Assembly (NCBI GenBank): GCA_951406725.2
Contig: OX597831.1
Location: forward strand, 1,922,001 to 1,986,000
Length of the DNA: 64,000 nucleotides
Direction of reading: 5' to 3'
Origin: Octopus vulgaris
Taxonomy: Eukaryota
Positions 24,139 to 39,072 of the stretch are shown in pieces. Position 1 is the first letter of the stretch; each line of letters begins with the position of its first letter. The position numbers were made by a program, and so were the translations under genes. The notes under the pieces are model-generated. The model saw nothing but the letters and a program-made list of their open reading frames with translations, had not been told where the DNA came from and did not search any database.

Positions 24139-27100
24139 ATGCATGTATGTATGTATCTGTATATGTATATACAAATAAAAGCATGTTAATATTGGATTAA
24201 AAACCTTCAGACAGACTTCAACTTTTCTAGCCAAAGAATTCTGAACTCAATATTTACATGCTATTATTTATAGCTTTATTTTGACCAGAATTAGCAATTA
24301 ATAATTGATATAAAATTAATATCTTTTATCTTTTGCTTGTTTCAATTGACTGTGGTCATGCTGGGGTGCCACCTTGAAGAAATTTTAGTCAAATGACTCG
24401 ACTCCAGCTTGATACTTATTGTAGCGATATCTTTTGCTGAACCACTAAGTTACTGGCACATAAATGCACCAACACTGGTTGCCAAGTGATGTGGTGGGAG
24501 AAACACAGGCTCAAAGACACACACACACATACGATGGGCTTCTTTCAGTCTCCATCTACCAAATCCATGAACAAGGCTTTGATCGGCCCAAGGTGCCACA
24601 CAGTGGGGACCATGTGGCTGGGAACCATGAGTCTTACTACATGGCTACGCTTGCGTCTGTTATTAATATAAAAATCCCAGGCCTGTCACCAATACCTTTC
24701 TCAAACAGAATTAATCATAAAGCTAATAATCATTGTCATCTGTTCATTAGAAAAGGTAGAAAATGTAGAAAAAGATGATTGATTGTAAAAATAACAAGTG
24801 CGCATATGCACACATACACACACACACACACTCACGCACACATAAATCCATCCGTTCTGGTTTAAGGATTTAAATGGGAGGAATAACATTTTGGTGAAAT
24901 GATTTGAACAAAAGTTCTTCATTAGGGCAATGCATTAATTTTAGAAAATTTTCTTTCATTTGTTGCATTACAGATAAATTTACAGAATCCAGTTTTTGGT
25001 AAGAATGAGACAGAAAGATCCAATAGTATTGGTAAAATGATAAGTGAACTGAACATTATCAGAGAACAACTTCGACACCAAAATATTGTACGATATTACA
25101 AGACGTTTCAGTTGGGTAAGTTTTGGGGATAAAAATACTTATAAAGACAAGATTTTCATATCTTTATTATTCTAATATTTTGGACTGTTACTTAATCTTT
25201 CTATATGAAAATCATGTCTAACATTCATGGATATGCTTACAAAATCAAGAAACAACACTGCACCCAGGGCGCTTGGAAACATTTTTTCACACTCAGAATT
25301 GCTGAAACATGGAATAAACTACCTGCATCTGAGCACCTTTTCAAACTCCACCTGTCTAACACCTGTGGACATGTTTACAAAGTCAGAAAACAGCACAGTT
25401 CCTATGACTTTCGGAAACATATTTTCATGCTAAGAATTGCTGAAGCATGAAACAAACTGCCGGCATCAGTTGTTAGTTGTTGGAGCACTGCATCCTTCAA
25501 AACTTCCATGCTTCCTGAGATTCGCCAACACTACACCTGATTTTCTCCCCTCCATACTCATGCAAGCATGTATCTGGCTCATACACTGTTCACTTCCCAG
25601 ACGTTTGTACATTACTGCATATGCTTTATATGCACTTTTGACAAGTTGTGGTGCACCTGAACAATGTATGCAATAATTTCATTATTATCTGTTGTTAACT
25701 GTTGAAACACTACATCCTTCAAAATTCCCATGGTTCTTAAATTTGCCAACAGTACACCTGTTGTACCCCACACACCCATTTCTTTCTTTTTTTTCTTTTT
25801 TTTTTTAAAACTTTTTCACTCTTCACTTAGCAGCATTTTGTCATCTTTATGTTCTGAGTTCAAATTCTACTGAGATCAACTTTGACTTTTATCCTTTTGG
25901 GGTCAATAAAATAGATACCATTTGAGCACTGGGGTCAGTTAAATCAACTAACCCCCTTCCTGCAAAATTTCATACCTTGTGCCTATATTTTAGAACAAAA
26001 TATTTCTCTTTATTAAAAACAAGGAAAGAACAGACATAAGGTGGTGTAGATTGGTATCTTGGAGTCTTTAGTCTATACAGGAGCCAATATCTCTAGCACC
26101 AGTGGCATGACAGTATACATCCCACAATCAGAACCATTTACCTAACTTTGCCAAAAGAAAAAAAACATAACTCACTCACACACACATACACAGGGTAACA
26201 AAGATGGCTGGATTTCTTTGTTATTATGTCTATTAGATGATAGGAATTGAAGACAAGTGACAAAACATTTCTCTGCACAACTTTTTTTTCCAATAGTTTG
26301 ACAATTCTGCAACATTTCATATGATTTAGATTGCCAGGAAACAAAAGAATTATGAGAGGTTAAGAGAGAAAGAGAAATATTGTTTTAAAAATACTGATGT
26401 AATGATTTTGCTATGTTAAAACTGCCAGGTCAGAAGTTATACATTGTCATGGAACTCATTGATGGTGCCCCACTAAAGGAACATTTTAACTCATTGAAAG
26501 AGAAAAGATGTCTGTTTGAAGAATCGAGAATCTGGAACATATTGATCCAAGTAAGTAATATATACATATAAAGCTGAAGTTGTCTGTGTGTGTGTGTGTG
26601 TGTAGCAGGTTTGGTAGCCTTCAACTAACACTATCTCCTCCAAGACCCTGCGGTGCAAGTTGACCAAAATTGAGAGTATGATAGAAGAAGGCATGCTCTT
26701 CATTCTGTAGAAGAAAAAATTCAAATTAGACCATGTTAAGACCAAAAATTATTTACATCAAAAAGGTGCTTTTTTTCTATGAAAATCCCTATTTTTTACA
26801 ATTTTTTTACTGCTGTGTCACCATTTTTCGGTGTATTTCTACCAGAAAAATGTTCACTTAAAGTGAATAACAAGCTACATAATGCAAATGTTTTACTTTT
26901 CAAAAAAGATTGAAACTATGTCAAAACTTTGTTAACACGACATCAAAGTCTGCCGTTTTAAGCGCAACTAAAAAACAAACCTGAGCAACGCCGGGCTATA
27001 GTGCTAGTATATATATATATAATCATCATCATATACCTTTCCTTCATTCTAGCATGGGTTGGACAATTTGACAGAAGCTGGCCAGCTGAAGAACTGCCCA

Positions 27101-29359
27101 GGGTCCCTGTCTGTTTTGGCATGGTTTCTACAGCTGGATGCCCTTCCTAACATGACCCACTTTACAGAGTGTACTAGGTGCTTTTACACAGCACCACCAT
27201 GGATGCTTTTATGTGGCACCAGCATGGATGCTTTTTACACAACACCAGTAGACACGAGCCCTCAAGATTAGGATTATTCGGCTGAAGAGGGATGCAATTT
27301 CACTTAATTTGATGTGTCTTCTCAAGCACATCAAACTACTGGAAGTATGAGTCCCTTGTCATTCCCTCTGTGAGGCCCAGCATCTGAAGATGCTTTCTTA
27401 TCACTTCGTCCCACATATGTGTGTGTGTGTGTGTATTGATGTTTGTTTTTATGTCAAGATATAATAAACCCAATTCTACATTAAACTGAAGGATTACTCA
27501 ATACTTTCTGTTGAGTACGTTTTTATTATTTAACAAGAGTGGTGGCAGTGACTTTGATCTTTCAGCCTGCTAGCCTTCATGCAGTGGAACTGAACCTGAA
27601 ACCAATGGTTATGAAGCAAACTTCTTAACCACACAACAGCCATGCCAGTAGCTGTGTGTGTGTGTGTTCCTTTGACTTTCATGCACACAGAAATAAATGG
27701 AAAGCTGAAGGAGAGACCATGGTAGTAGCAATAGAAAAATCAAAAAGAGGGTAGAGTGTAATTCTGTGGGTGAGAGGCTGTAGTGTAATTGAGCATACCT
27801 ATGGTCAAAAGTGACCATTCCATCTCTTGCCCTGGCCTTATGCATCCAGTTCTATTTCAGTTAATTGAGTATACACATATAATGACCAGTGTGTAAATGC
27901 TTGTACATTAACAGATGCTACTTGCGTTACGATATTTGCATAAAGAGAAGGGAATCGTACATCGAGACTTGACCCCCAACAACATTATGATTGGTGAACA
28001 GGACCGTGTTACAGTCAGTGAGTTCAAGTTGGTTATCCTACATGTTTATTGATGTCTTGTTTAGCTATTGTTCCAATGAATGTCGTTCTTTTTTATGGAT
28101 TTATTATTATGTCCAGTATTGACTGAGGTCTTACAAATTTGTAAGACTTGAGAGAGTAATCCTTGTCAGCCAGCATTTGTTGCTGGACTAAGGGTCTAGT
28201 GAAAATATTTGGAGGTATGGCTTGATCAATCAGTCATCTGTGACAACAGCAGCATTCAAGAACAGGCTGGGTAGTGGAGAAAAAGCAGTGAATTCAGATT
28301 GCAATGCACACTGTCTTGTATATAGAGTGCGCAGCACAGTTCTTAGCATTATGATATATGTGAAGCTATTATATTTGTAAATGGCAGTGAGTTATTTAAC
28401 TGACTACATGTGTGTGATAGGTCTGCTCCACGTGGGAAGACCAGGGCTACACAATAACAGTTATAGCAATTTGTACAGGCAGATAGAATGATAACAGCTG
28501 TGTGTGAGCTGGTTAGAGATATCTTCCTTTAAACACCTTGACAGTCAAAAATCACATTGGACACCTTGCAAAGATATATGTCAGTCAGTTAACAGATGAC
28601 ATTGGATATCAGCAAGAGAAGCTGTTGTGTGCTATGGAATATAGAGACTGATGAAGGCTCAGCATCATGCAAATCTGAGCAAGGTCAACCTGCTAATAAT
28701 GCATGTGAGAATGGGGAATGAATTTAAGTGTTCTTAAATATCTAAAAACAACAATAATTCACTGAATAAATGACTTTATATACATATAAAGGTAAGATCC
28801 AAGGATCAAAGTGTAGGAAGTTAGTATGCTTCAAGCAGTGCATAGAAGATATGAAAAAACAACTTTCAGGAACAATAGTGATTTATTGATGTAGGAGGTT
28901 GTAAATTTTCCCCATATTGGAGTCCGATAAGCTACAAAAAGTTATTCTATAGTTTATGATTAGCAGCTGGGGTTACTGTGCATGCGATGTGCAAATATCT
29001 TTGGCCTGACAAGTAGCTAGCAGATTACCCATTGTTTGGGTAATTACTACTTCTGAGGTTCTGCTAGCTATGAAACATATGTAGCCTGGGTTTTATCTAC
29101 TCCATTCCATAATTTTGGATATATATATATATATATATATATATACTCTCTCTTTTACTCTTTTACTTGTTTCAGTCATTTGACTGTGGCCATGCTGGAG
29201 CACCGCCTTTAGTTGAGCAAATCGACCCCAGGACTTATTCTTTGTAAGCCCAATACTTATTCTATCGGTCTCTTTTGCCGAACTGCTAAGTTACGGGGAC
29301 ATAAACAAACCAGTATTGGTTGTCAAGCGATATTGCGGGGGACAAACACGGACACACAA

Positions 29360-29392
<33 letters not shown>

Positions 29393-29530
29393 CATATATG
29401 TGATGGGCTTCTTTCAGTTTCCGTCTACCAAATCCACTCACAAGGCTTTGGTTGGCCCAAGGCTATAGCAGAAGACACTCGGAACCATGTGGTTCATAAG
29501 TAAGCTACTTACCACACAGCCACTCTTAGG

Positions 29531-29563
<33 letters not shown>

Positions 29564-32500
29564 TCTTTTACTCTTTTACTCTTTTACTTGTTTCAGTCAT
29601 TTGACTGCGGCCATGCTGGAGCACCGCCTTTAGTCGAGCAAATCGACCCCGGGACTTATTCTTTGTAAGCCCAGTACTTATTCTTTGTAAGCCCAGTACT
29701 TATTTATCAGTCTCTTTTGCCGAACCGCTAAGTGACAGGGCCGTAAACACACCAGCATCGGTTGTCAAGCAATGCTAGGGGGACAAACACAGACACACAA
29801 ACACACACACATACATATATATATACATATATACGACAGGCTTCTTTCAGTTTCCGTCTACCAAATCCACTCACAAGGCATTGGTCTATAGCAGAAGACA
29901 CTTGCCCAAGATGCCACGCAGTGGGACTGAACCCGGAACCATATGGTTGTTTAGCAAGCTACTTACCACACAGCCACTCCTGCGTCTAATATATATATAT
30001 ATATATATTATATGTAAGTCATTATCATTTAGCATCTGTTTTCCATGCTGGCATGGGATGGATGTTTTGACAGGATCTGACAAGCTGCAGGACTGTACCA
30101 AGCCTCAATGTCAGATTTGGTATAATTTCTACGGCCAGATGTCTTTCCTTACACCCTAAAATATGCATACATATATGTAAGTAGGTCTTCATTTGGAACA
30201 AATGCATACATTGTTTGCAGAATGGGATAGGCCCTGTACAAAGTGTTTACTCACTTTAAAAAGCTTCAGGCATTGGCATCACTTGATTTTTAAAATGTCA
30301 TCTATGTGCTGGATGCTATGGGTGACCACAGATGAGAAAGGCAAGACACTCAATGAAAAATTCAGCATGGATGGTAGGCTCTCTTAACACCTGTTGCGAA
30401 AAGGCCCATTGTTGCCATCTCAGTGCAAAAGAGTGTTTAACCCTTTAGAATTTAAACCAGCCATAGCCAGCTCAAATATTCAACTTGCTTTATATTTAAA
30501 CCAGTGAGATCCAGTCTCTCACACTTACCCTACAATGTCATTCTAAAAATATCTATCATCCCCTCAAAGTTTTGAAGCTGCAAGTTAACGCATGGTTAAT
30601 TCAAAACAATGTGAATAAAGAAGCACTATATTTAACAGAGTAATTTAAATGCTAAAAGGTTAAGGGAACAATTGAGTAATGGCACTGATCAAAACTGAGC
30701 TGCAACCATCATATATGTATAAACATTTGTATGTACACACTGACAATCAGCAACAGCAACCATGCATTGCACAGATCTCATGCAACCCTCCATCTTCTTA
30801 CATTTACTAAGAGAAACCCACCAATCTCTGTTCGTGCATGTAACTTTATTTTGACTTGGATTTTACAGCTGTTTCTGTTTCCAGTGCATGCACTCATGCA
30901 CGTGCACACACATGCAGATACACACACACATGCACATAAGTTTTTAGAAAAATTTTTTGATACAGTCACAGCAATTGAAAAAAAGATGTTCTTAAATAAA
31001 AAATTATTAATAATAAAAAATAACCTTTAACCCTTTCATTACCAACCCGGCATAAACCGGCTCTGGCTCTGTAGTACAAATGTCTTGTTTTCATAAGTTT
31101 TGAATTAAAATCTTCCACCAAACTTTAGTCACAATTTATGTTCCTAACACTAGCTGAATGATAACTAAGTTATTTTACTAAATTCTTTGTTATAGTTAAA
31201 GTAATTGAAAGACACACAGAGCATCTCAAAATAAATACAGTAATGAAAGGGTTAAAAGATTATCATTAAATAATGTTTGAAAGTCTGAAAACAGTGAAAA
31301 GCATTTACACAAACATTTTTTCCATCAGATCCAAGTTAAAGTGCTTTTATAAAAAAAATTTTTTACATATAATTAATTATACACACATGCACATTTTTCA
31401 AATGTGTGTGTGTGTGTGTGTGTACTGGAGTTATAGCTTCCTATAACATCTTGTCTTGTATATCACTTCTGCAGCTGACTTTGGTCTTGCTAAGCACAAC
31501 CAAGGGAAACAAAGAGAGATGACGTCTGTTGTTGGCACAATCCTTTATTCATGGTAAATCTATCTTATACTCTTTCTCCCTTTTCTTGTGACAGACTGTG
31601 ACTCAGTGGTTAACCTACTGACTCACTGGCCTAACCTTCAAGTGTTCAAACCTGCTTCTCTCACTGCAGTAAATTTTTAAAATATCACATATTGCTGTTT
31701 TTTCCTATTTTTATTTTTTATTTTTTGTTCTTCATCTCCTCCAGTTGTTATTTTTTATACCCCATTTCAGCTCTGACTTAAACAATTAAAAAAAAATTTA
31801 CTGTTTTGTTCTGGAGAAAGGGGCTGTATCCTTGGTTTTCAGAGTTCCCCCAAAGTTTTGTGAAATTGATGCAGTTAATATTTATTAGTGGATAGATGCA
31901 AGATGACAGCTGCAAAAAAACATATGCTGGATGGGAATTCCATAAGGCCAACATTCTAGGAAAGAAGAACTGAGGATAAGGGTTAATATAAGGGTCTAGA
32001 AGCAGTGGATACAATAAGGATGATGTGAGTAGGAGAGATGTGAATGCCTGAGTGTGGATGAAAGTATGAGAAGCAGAGGTCATGACAGTAGCAGTTGAAA
32101 GTCAGAGTAAGTGAAAACAGTAATTCTGTGGGTTAGAGGATGGAGTCTGATTGAGTATACCTATGATGAAAGGTGATCTAGCCATGACCTGACCATTCCA
32201 TCTTTTATTCAGGCCTTTTGTGTCCAATTGTTCTCAGTTTTTCTTTTTCAGTTTTCCTTTTACTGATAGTTTTTTGGTTTTTTTTACAGCCCTGAAGTTA
32301 TCAAAAATGATCCTTATGGTGAGAAGACTGATATCTGGGCTCTGGGGTGTATTGTCTATGAAATGTGTACTTTACAGCCACCATTTTTCTCTACAAATAT
32401 GTTGACCCTTGCCAAAAAGGTCAGTAGACATTATCTAAATGACTTCCTCGTTTTCATTACTTGTATTATTTAACTCCAGGTCAGGTGTGATCCAGCAGAC

Positions 32501-35500
32501 ATGTGTATAAAGACTTTCTACCTGTCCATAATTCTATCTATTTTAGAATATCCATGACTAAATTATTTAAACCATCTTATTCTGTTCTTTGTAATGAACC
32601 TAAAATCATCAAGAATGGCATTGCTTATATGACAGATTTATTCACAAAATTCCATGAAGTTAATTTGCAACTGCAAGGATATGAGGTTAAACTTTATCAC
32701 ATTAAAACCAGTTCTCTCCATGTTTCTGCCCAAGTTGCAGCTTTTCAACTGTAACATATGCTGTCGTTAGTTCTTCCAGTTTCTGGGTCTCTCTGAATTA
32801 GAGAAGAAAAACCGCATACCAGAAGATGATGTTCAAGCGCTTTATTCACACCTGGATGAGCTGCACAGAAACATGTCTGACTGATTTCAGGAAGTTTATT
32901 TTTGATTAAAATACCAGTCTGTGTGATTCCTAGATATCATTAATGAAGAAACAAGAACAGCGGAGGAAGAACTGGTTCTACTTGAAAATGACATTAAGCT
33001 GAGGCCAAAGTTTTAAAAAATCATGTCAGGATTTGTTAAGCCATACATAAAAATAATGAAGAACAAGAGTGTGTTTCTCAGAGTATTGTTTACTACACTC
33101 TGTGAGGGGGAATATGATTGGCTATTTAAATCCCCAGACTTCTCTTCCACCTAACCAGAAGTCCTGGGCCAGATTAAGACCCATAGAGGCCCTAAGAACT
33201 AAAAAGATTTTGGTGCCTCCTTATATAATTTGAAATGTAAGCAATAATAAACCATAAATCAAATTCTTATTTTTCAAAATAAAACAAAGCTAGCAATGGA
33301 AAATGATGTTTATTTTTGTATACTTCCTCTTAATTTATATTTGAAAAGTTTCCTCTATCTTTTTTAATTTCAAAATCTTTGATCAGATTCTCAAAATTAA
33401 TCTTACGTAAACCATCTGCTTCTATACTTTGTAGAAATAAAAGCATCCCAAATATTATTTTAGCAAGTTGAAAGTGATCTCTTTTGTGCAGTAAACCACT
33501 TACCATTTCTGTGGTGCCCTCTCCTTCCCTTGATACCCTAAGCACATGCTTATTTTGCTTAATGGTTAATCCAGCACTGCAAAAGTTCCTTCTGTGTGGA
33601 CCAGCTCACTAGCTAGCCCACAGTGAACTTCCTGACTACACTTCATCTGTTATCAATCCATGGACAGTACCCTACACCAGTCAACTATTGAGGTTTATGT
33701 ACCGTAAATCCTCGAGTATAATCGCATTTTTTCCCCAAAATTTAAAGGTCAAAATCCCTAGTGCATACTATATACGAGGTTAAAAATGAAAAAGATTTTC
33801 TAAGCAATGTCCGAGTCTCTATTTGCTGTCCGGCAATGTTTATTCAGACGCATTTTGTGATGTCGGGCATGAAACTACCTTAAGCTAAACCTGAAAGCAA
33901 TGAAGTCATAAAAGAATCATCCATAACTTGCAGTAAGCAACATTTATTAAAATAAAAGTATTCAGAACACAGAATAACATGTAACAAAAACAATTTGCAA
34001 ACATATTTGCATTCCCATATAATAGTTAAGAACATTACCATTATTGTATTACGCATGCATGGAAGTGTTTGTTCAAGTAGGTGCTGCTGGCTTAATTACG
34101 CACAACTCAAGTTAGAGAAGGGGTACGTATTATACACAAGGTTTAGGTTTTTCAGAGGTACAGCCCCCTAAAAATCCCCTGCATATTCTACTCAAAGGCA
34201 GACTATACTCGAGGATTTACGGTAATTGACAAGCTGCCCCTCCCCCTAAAATTGCTGGCCTTGTGCCAAAATTAGAAGCAATTATTAGGGTATATATAGG
34301 CTAGTCATAGTACAGGAGGGATAGGGGAAGATATTTTAGTGATGGTTTTTGAGGAAACTAACCTTATGTTTGTTTAAACTTTTGTTGGTGTTAAATTATA
34401 TATTTCAGATTGTAGAAGCAGACTACAAACCAGTTCCTGAGAAACTGTACTCAGCGCAGTTGTTACAAGTGATCTCAAGGTATGGAAGATTTGTTGTGCA
34501 TTTCATGGCCTTCATTACAGACATCACCTTAGCTCAACGTTAAAAAAAAAAACACTCTTCTTATGTCTGGTTCCTCTTCTCCATCATTCCCTTCCTCTTC
34601 CTCCCTATGCTTTCCCACCCCTTGCTCCTATCCTCTTCTTCATCATCATCAGCAGCACCATCATCATTATCATTATCATCATCATCACTGCCATTACAGG
34701 GTGCAGCAGAAATACCTCCCACATTTGAAAGGTTGACGAAATGAAAAAGAAACAACATTTGTGAAAAATTAATTTTACTGTTGTTTAAACAAAGGGTTAC
34801 AGTTTTTGTTCATTAGCTAAATAAAAACATTGGCACTTGCATAAGTTCATTAGCAACACATAGGTGAAAGTTTAAAATGTGGGAGGTATTTCTGCCGCAC
34901 CCTGTATTACCATTGCTATCTTCACCATCATTATCATCACCGTCTTTACAAGGGGCTCCTTTGTTGGCTAAGCATGTTACTGGTTGTTGTTATTGTTGCT
35001 GCTGTTGTTTCTGTTGGATTTGGATTCCTCCTTTATGTATGGGTTTTGTATTATATTACTGACCAGTTGCCTCTCAGTGAAACCTGAGGATCGACCAGAT
35101 GTATACCAACTGACAGCACTAATATCAGACAAAATGCTCCTCCACATCGACTGCCTTCAACTCCGTGAGAACAGCTTGAAGAGAAAACTGGAAAAGGAAC
35201 GTTCTCGGACGCAGAAGTGAGTAGAAACAACATTTTGGTTAAAGCTTACCTTAATGTTATATTTTTATTTTATATATTCTATATAGATGCAGGTGGAGGC
35301 ACAATGGCCCAGTGGTTAGGGCAGCGGACTCGCAGTCAGAGGATCGCAGTTTCAATTCCCAGACCGGGCGTTGCGTGTGTTTATTGAGTGAAAACACCTA
35401 AAAGCTCCACAAGGCTCTGGTAGGGGGTGGTGGCGACCCCTGTTGTACTCTTACGCCACAACTTTCTCTCACTCTCCCTTCCTGTTTCTTGAGTAACGCT

Positions 35501-36025
35501 GCGATGGACTGGCATCCCATCCAGCTGGGGGAACACATATGCCACAGAAACCGGGAAACTGGGCCCATGAGCCTGGCTAGGCTTTGAAAAGGCGAAAGAA
35601 AGAAGTATAGATGCAGGCATGGCTATGTGGTTAAGAAGTTTGCTTCCCAACCATGTGGTTTCAGGTTCAGTCTCACTGCATAGCATCGTGGGCCAAGTGT
35701 CCTCAATTATTGCCATAGAGTCAACCAAACTTTGTGAGTAGATTTGCTTGACAGAAACTGAAAGAAGCTCATCATATGTATATATGTGTATGTATATACA
35801 TATGTGTGTGCACAGGTGTGTATTTGTGCCTCTTTGTCTTTACATCTGGTGATATTTGCAAACAAGTGTCACTCTCATACACGAGGTGTTATTCACTTCC
35901 ACTCTTCTATAAAACATGTTCAGCCAGACGTAGGAGTGGCTGTGTGGTAAGTAGCTTGCCTTGTGAGTGGATTTGGTAGATGGAAACTGAAAGAAGCCCA
36001 TCGTATATATGTATCTATCTATCTA

Positions 36026-36094
<69 letters not shown>

Positions 36095-38992
36095 TTATGT
36101 TTGTGTATCTATGTTTGTCCCCCAACATCGCTTGACAACCATTGCTGGTGTGTTTACGTCCCCGTAACTTAGTGGTTCGGCAAAAAGATACCGATAGAAT
36201 AAGTACTAGGCTTCCAAAAAATAAGTCCTTTGGTTGATTTGCTCGACTAAAGGCGGTGCTCCAGCATGGCCACAGTCAAATGACTGAAACAAGTAAAAGA
36301 GAGAGCCATTGGAAAATATTTGTTGCTAAGAAACAGGTGAGGTTTGGTGATAAGAAGAACATTGAGCCATAGAAAATCTGCCTCAACTGATTCCATCCAA
36401 CCCATGCTATCATGAAAAAGGTGTACATTAAATCAATAATGCTGATATGACTAATCAGGGCTGACCTGGAGCTAAACAACAGCAGCAACTATTCTTGTTG
36501 CTATAAATAGTGTGTATCTGATATTTACTTGTTTAATTGATTAACTGTTCATTCTCTTTCTAGATACTTCTTTGAAGCTGTCAGCAATAAACAGAATTAC
36601 CAGAAGCTATTTGTTGCCTCTCAAGAACACTTGAACCATTTCAGTGACCCTGCTTCTAGTTCTAGGGAAGAAAAGGTAATTATTTGTTACATTGTCTAAA
36701 TGAGGTCAACCACTCACAAGTGTCCTATAACATGCTGTACATTAAGGCTTAGAGATAGAGGTAGACCTGCAAGAATCATTGTGTTGTAAAGAGATTTACA
36801 ATGTATGACACTTTCATTATAGGTAGAAATCACTTTGCATTAAAAAAATTTCCTTCTGATCTATGCCAACATAGATTGTCTTATTGAACAGAACTAACCA
36901 TAATGTTTCATATTACATTACCATCCTCAGTGATGAGCAAGCCTCTCTGTGGTCACTCGATCTACTAGAGATAGTAGTCAAATCTCTCTTAAATCAACGT
37001 CCTACCACCTTATTAAATAAAAAGGATTCTTTCAATAATATAATTTTAGATATACTATGTCTGAAATAAAGCAAAAAGAGGACAGTCATGGTTGGACTGC
37101 TTTTACTCATAGATCTGCTGTCACTGTCATTAGTGGTGATGATGATAATGATGATAATGGATATACTATCTCCAAATGAAAAGCAATTGACTGTCCAAAA
37201 CCTATGGTCACATCTGGAACCTCTTTCTTTGATCCTAGGTTTGTTGGATCAAGCTCTCCTGTTACTAAACTACAACAACAAACCATACAGATTTGTGTAA
37301 CTTTTGAGATAAATATAATTATTTAGTTCAGACCCTTAGGAGACAACATAGAGGTAGACCAAGAATTAATTGGTTGGATAACATAATAATAATAATAATA
37401 ATTAAATTATAATGAAATTATTGTATACAGTGCTCAGGTGCACCACAACTTGTCAAAAGTGCATATAAAGTATATGCAGTAATGTACAAATGTCTGGAAA
37501 GTGAACAGTGTATGAGTCAGATACATGCTTGCGTGTGTACGGAGGGGAGAAAATCAGGTGTAGTGTTGGCGAATCTCAGGAAGCATGGAAGTTTTGAAGA
37601 ACGCAGTGCTCCAATAACTAACAACTGATGCCGGCAGTTTGTTCCATACTTCAGCAACTCTTAGTGTGAAAAAATGTCTCTGAAAGTCATGGGAGCTGTG
37701 AAGTTTTCTGACTTTGTAAACATGTCCATGGGTGTTAGACAGGTGGAGTTTGAAAAGGTGCTCAGAGTTATTGTTTGTAAGATGGTTAATAAGCCAAGTC
37801 AGCTGCCAGACGTCGGAGTTTCAATGTATCCATGCCCAGGGAAGTAAGGCGTTCAGGGAAGAACGCCTCAGCAACTGAGACCATATCCATGGTCTCAGTT
37901 GCTCATTGCTTGTGAATCTAGCCAGAAAATCTAATGACAGTTGCTTCTGATAGGACCCTGTGGAGGAGGTACCTAAGGACTCTACCCCCACCCACAGGAA
38001 TAGTGAGTGGGAAGAGAAGATAGTTGGATGGATGGATGGATGGAATCGCTTATTAAAACTCTAATGATGCCAGTGGTGGGGATGGAGATTTATTGTGTGG
38101 CTGAAGGTTTCACCGGTGTGATTAAAAACAAGAACATCAAAAATATCTTCCAAGTCAACCTGCCCTTCCACCCCACCCCACCCGCAATCCACCTCTTCAC
38201 CGGGCATTTTACATTAATGTTCAACTTATTACAGGAAGGTGATTACGATTATTCTGTGGAGCTTGACTATAATGACAACAAAGGTAACAGCAAAAAGGAA
38301 CCGTTTTCATTTGACAACGTCACAGAGACAGAAGATCAAGGTGAGGTCATCATTTTCTTTGTTATTATTATCATCATTGTTTTTGTTATCACCATGTTAT
38401 CCATTATAATAACATCATCATCATTATCATCATCTCAGCTTTGTCGCCCTCATCTCATCATTACTATCCTTAACATTGTCATTAACATAAACATCATTGT
38501 TGTTGCTAGTTATTATCTCCATGATCATCAATGCTACTATCATCATCATCATCATCATCGTTGGCATTAATGTTATTGAAGGATTGTCCATCGGTCTTGT
38601 TGCCTAGCAACCTCGTCTCCTTATCATCATGTTCATCAGTCGCCATCATTGTTGTTATCTTTATCATCACCAGTGTTATCATTGTAAGCATCCTCATCAT
38701 CATCACAACATCATCATCATCATCATCATTGGTGTAATTGAGAAGTTGTTCATCAAGCTTATTGTCATCAGCATTCTCATCATCATCGTTGACATTGTCT
38801 TCCATCGATGAATTAAGGAGTACCTGAGTACTGTGATTGATATAATTGACTAACACCCTGCCTCAAAATTTCAGTAGAGAGGATTGTTGTCTTCATCATC
38901 ATTATCATTATCATCATCAGTGTTATCATTGTCCTCAATCATCATTAGCATTATCATAATTGTTGCCATCACCATTGGTGTTGTAATCTATC

Positions 38993-39037
<45 letters not shown>

Positions 39038-39039
39038 CC

Positions 39040-39072
<33 letters not shown>

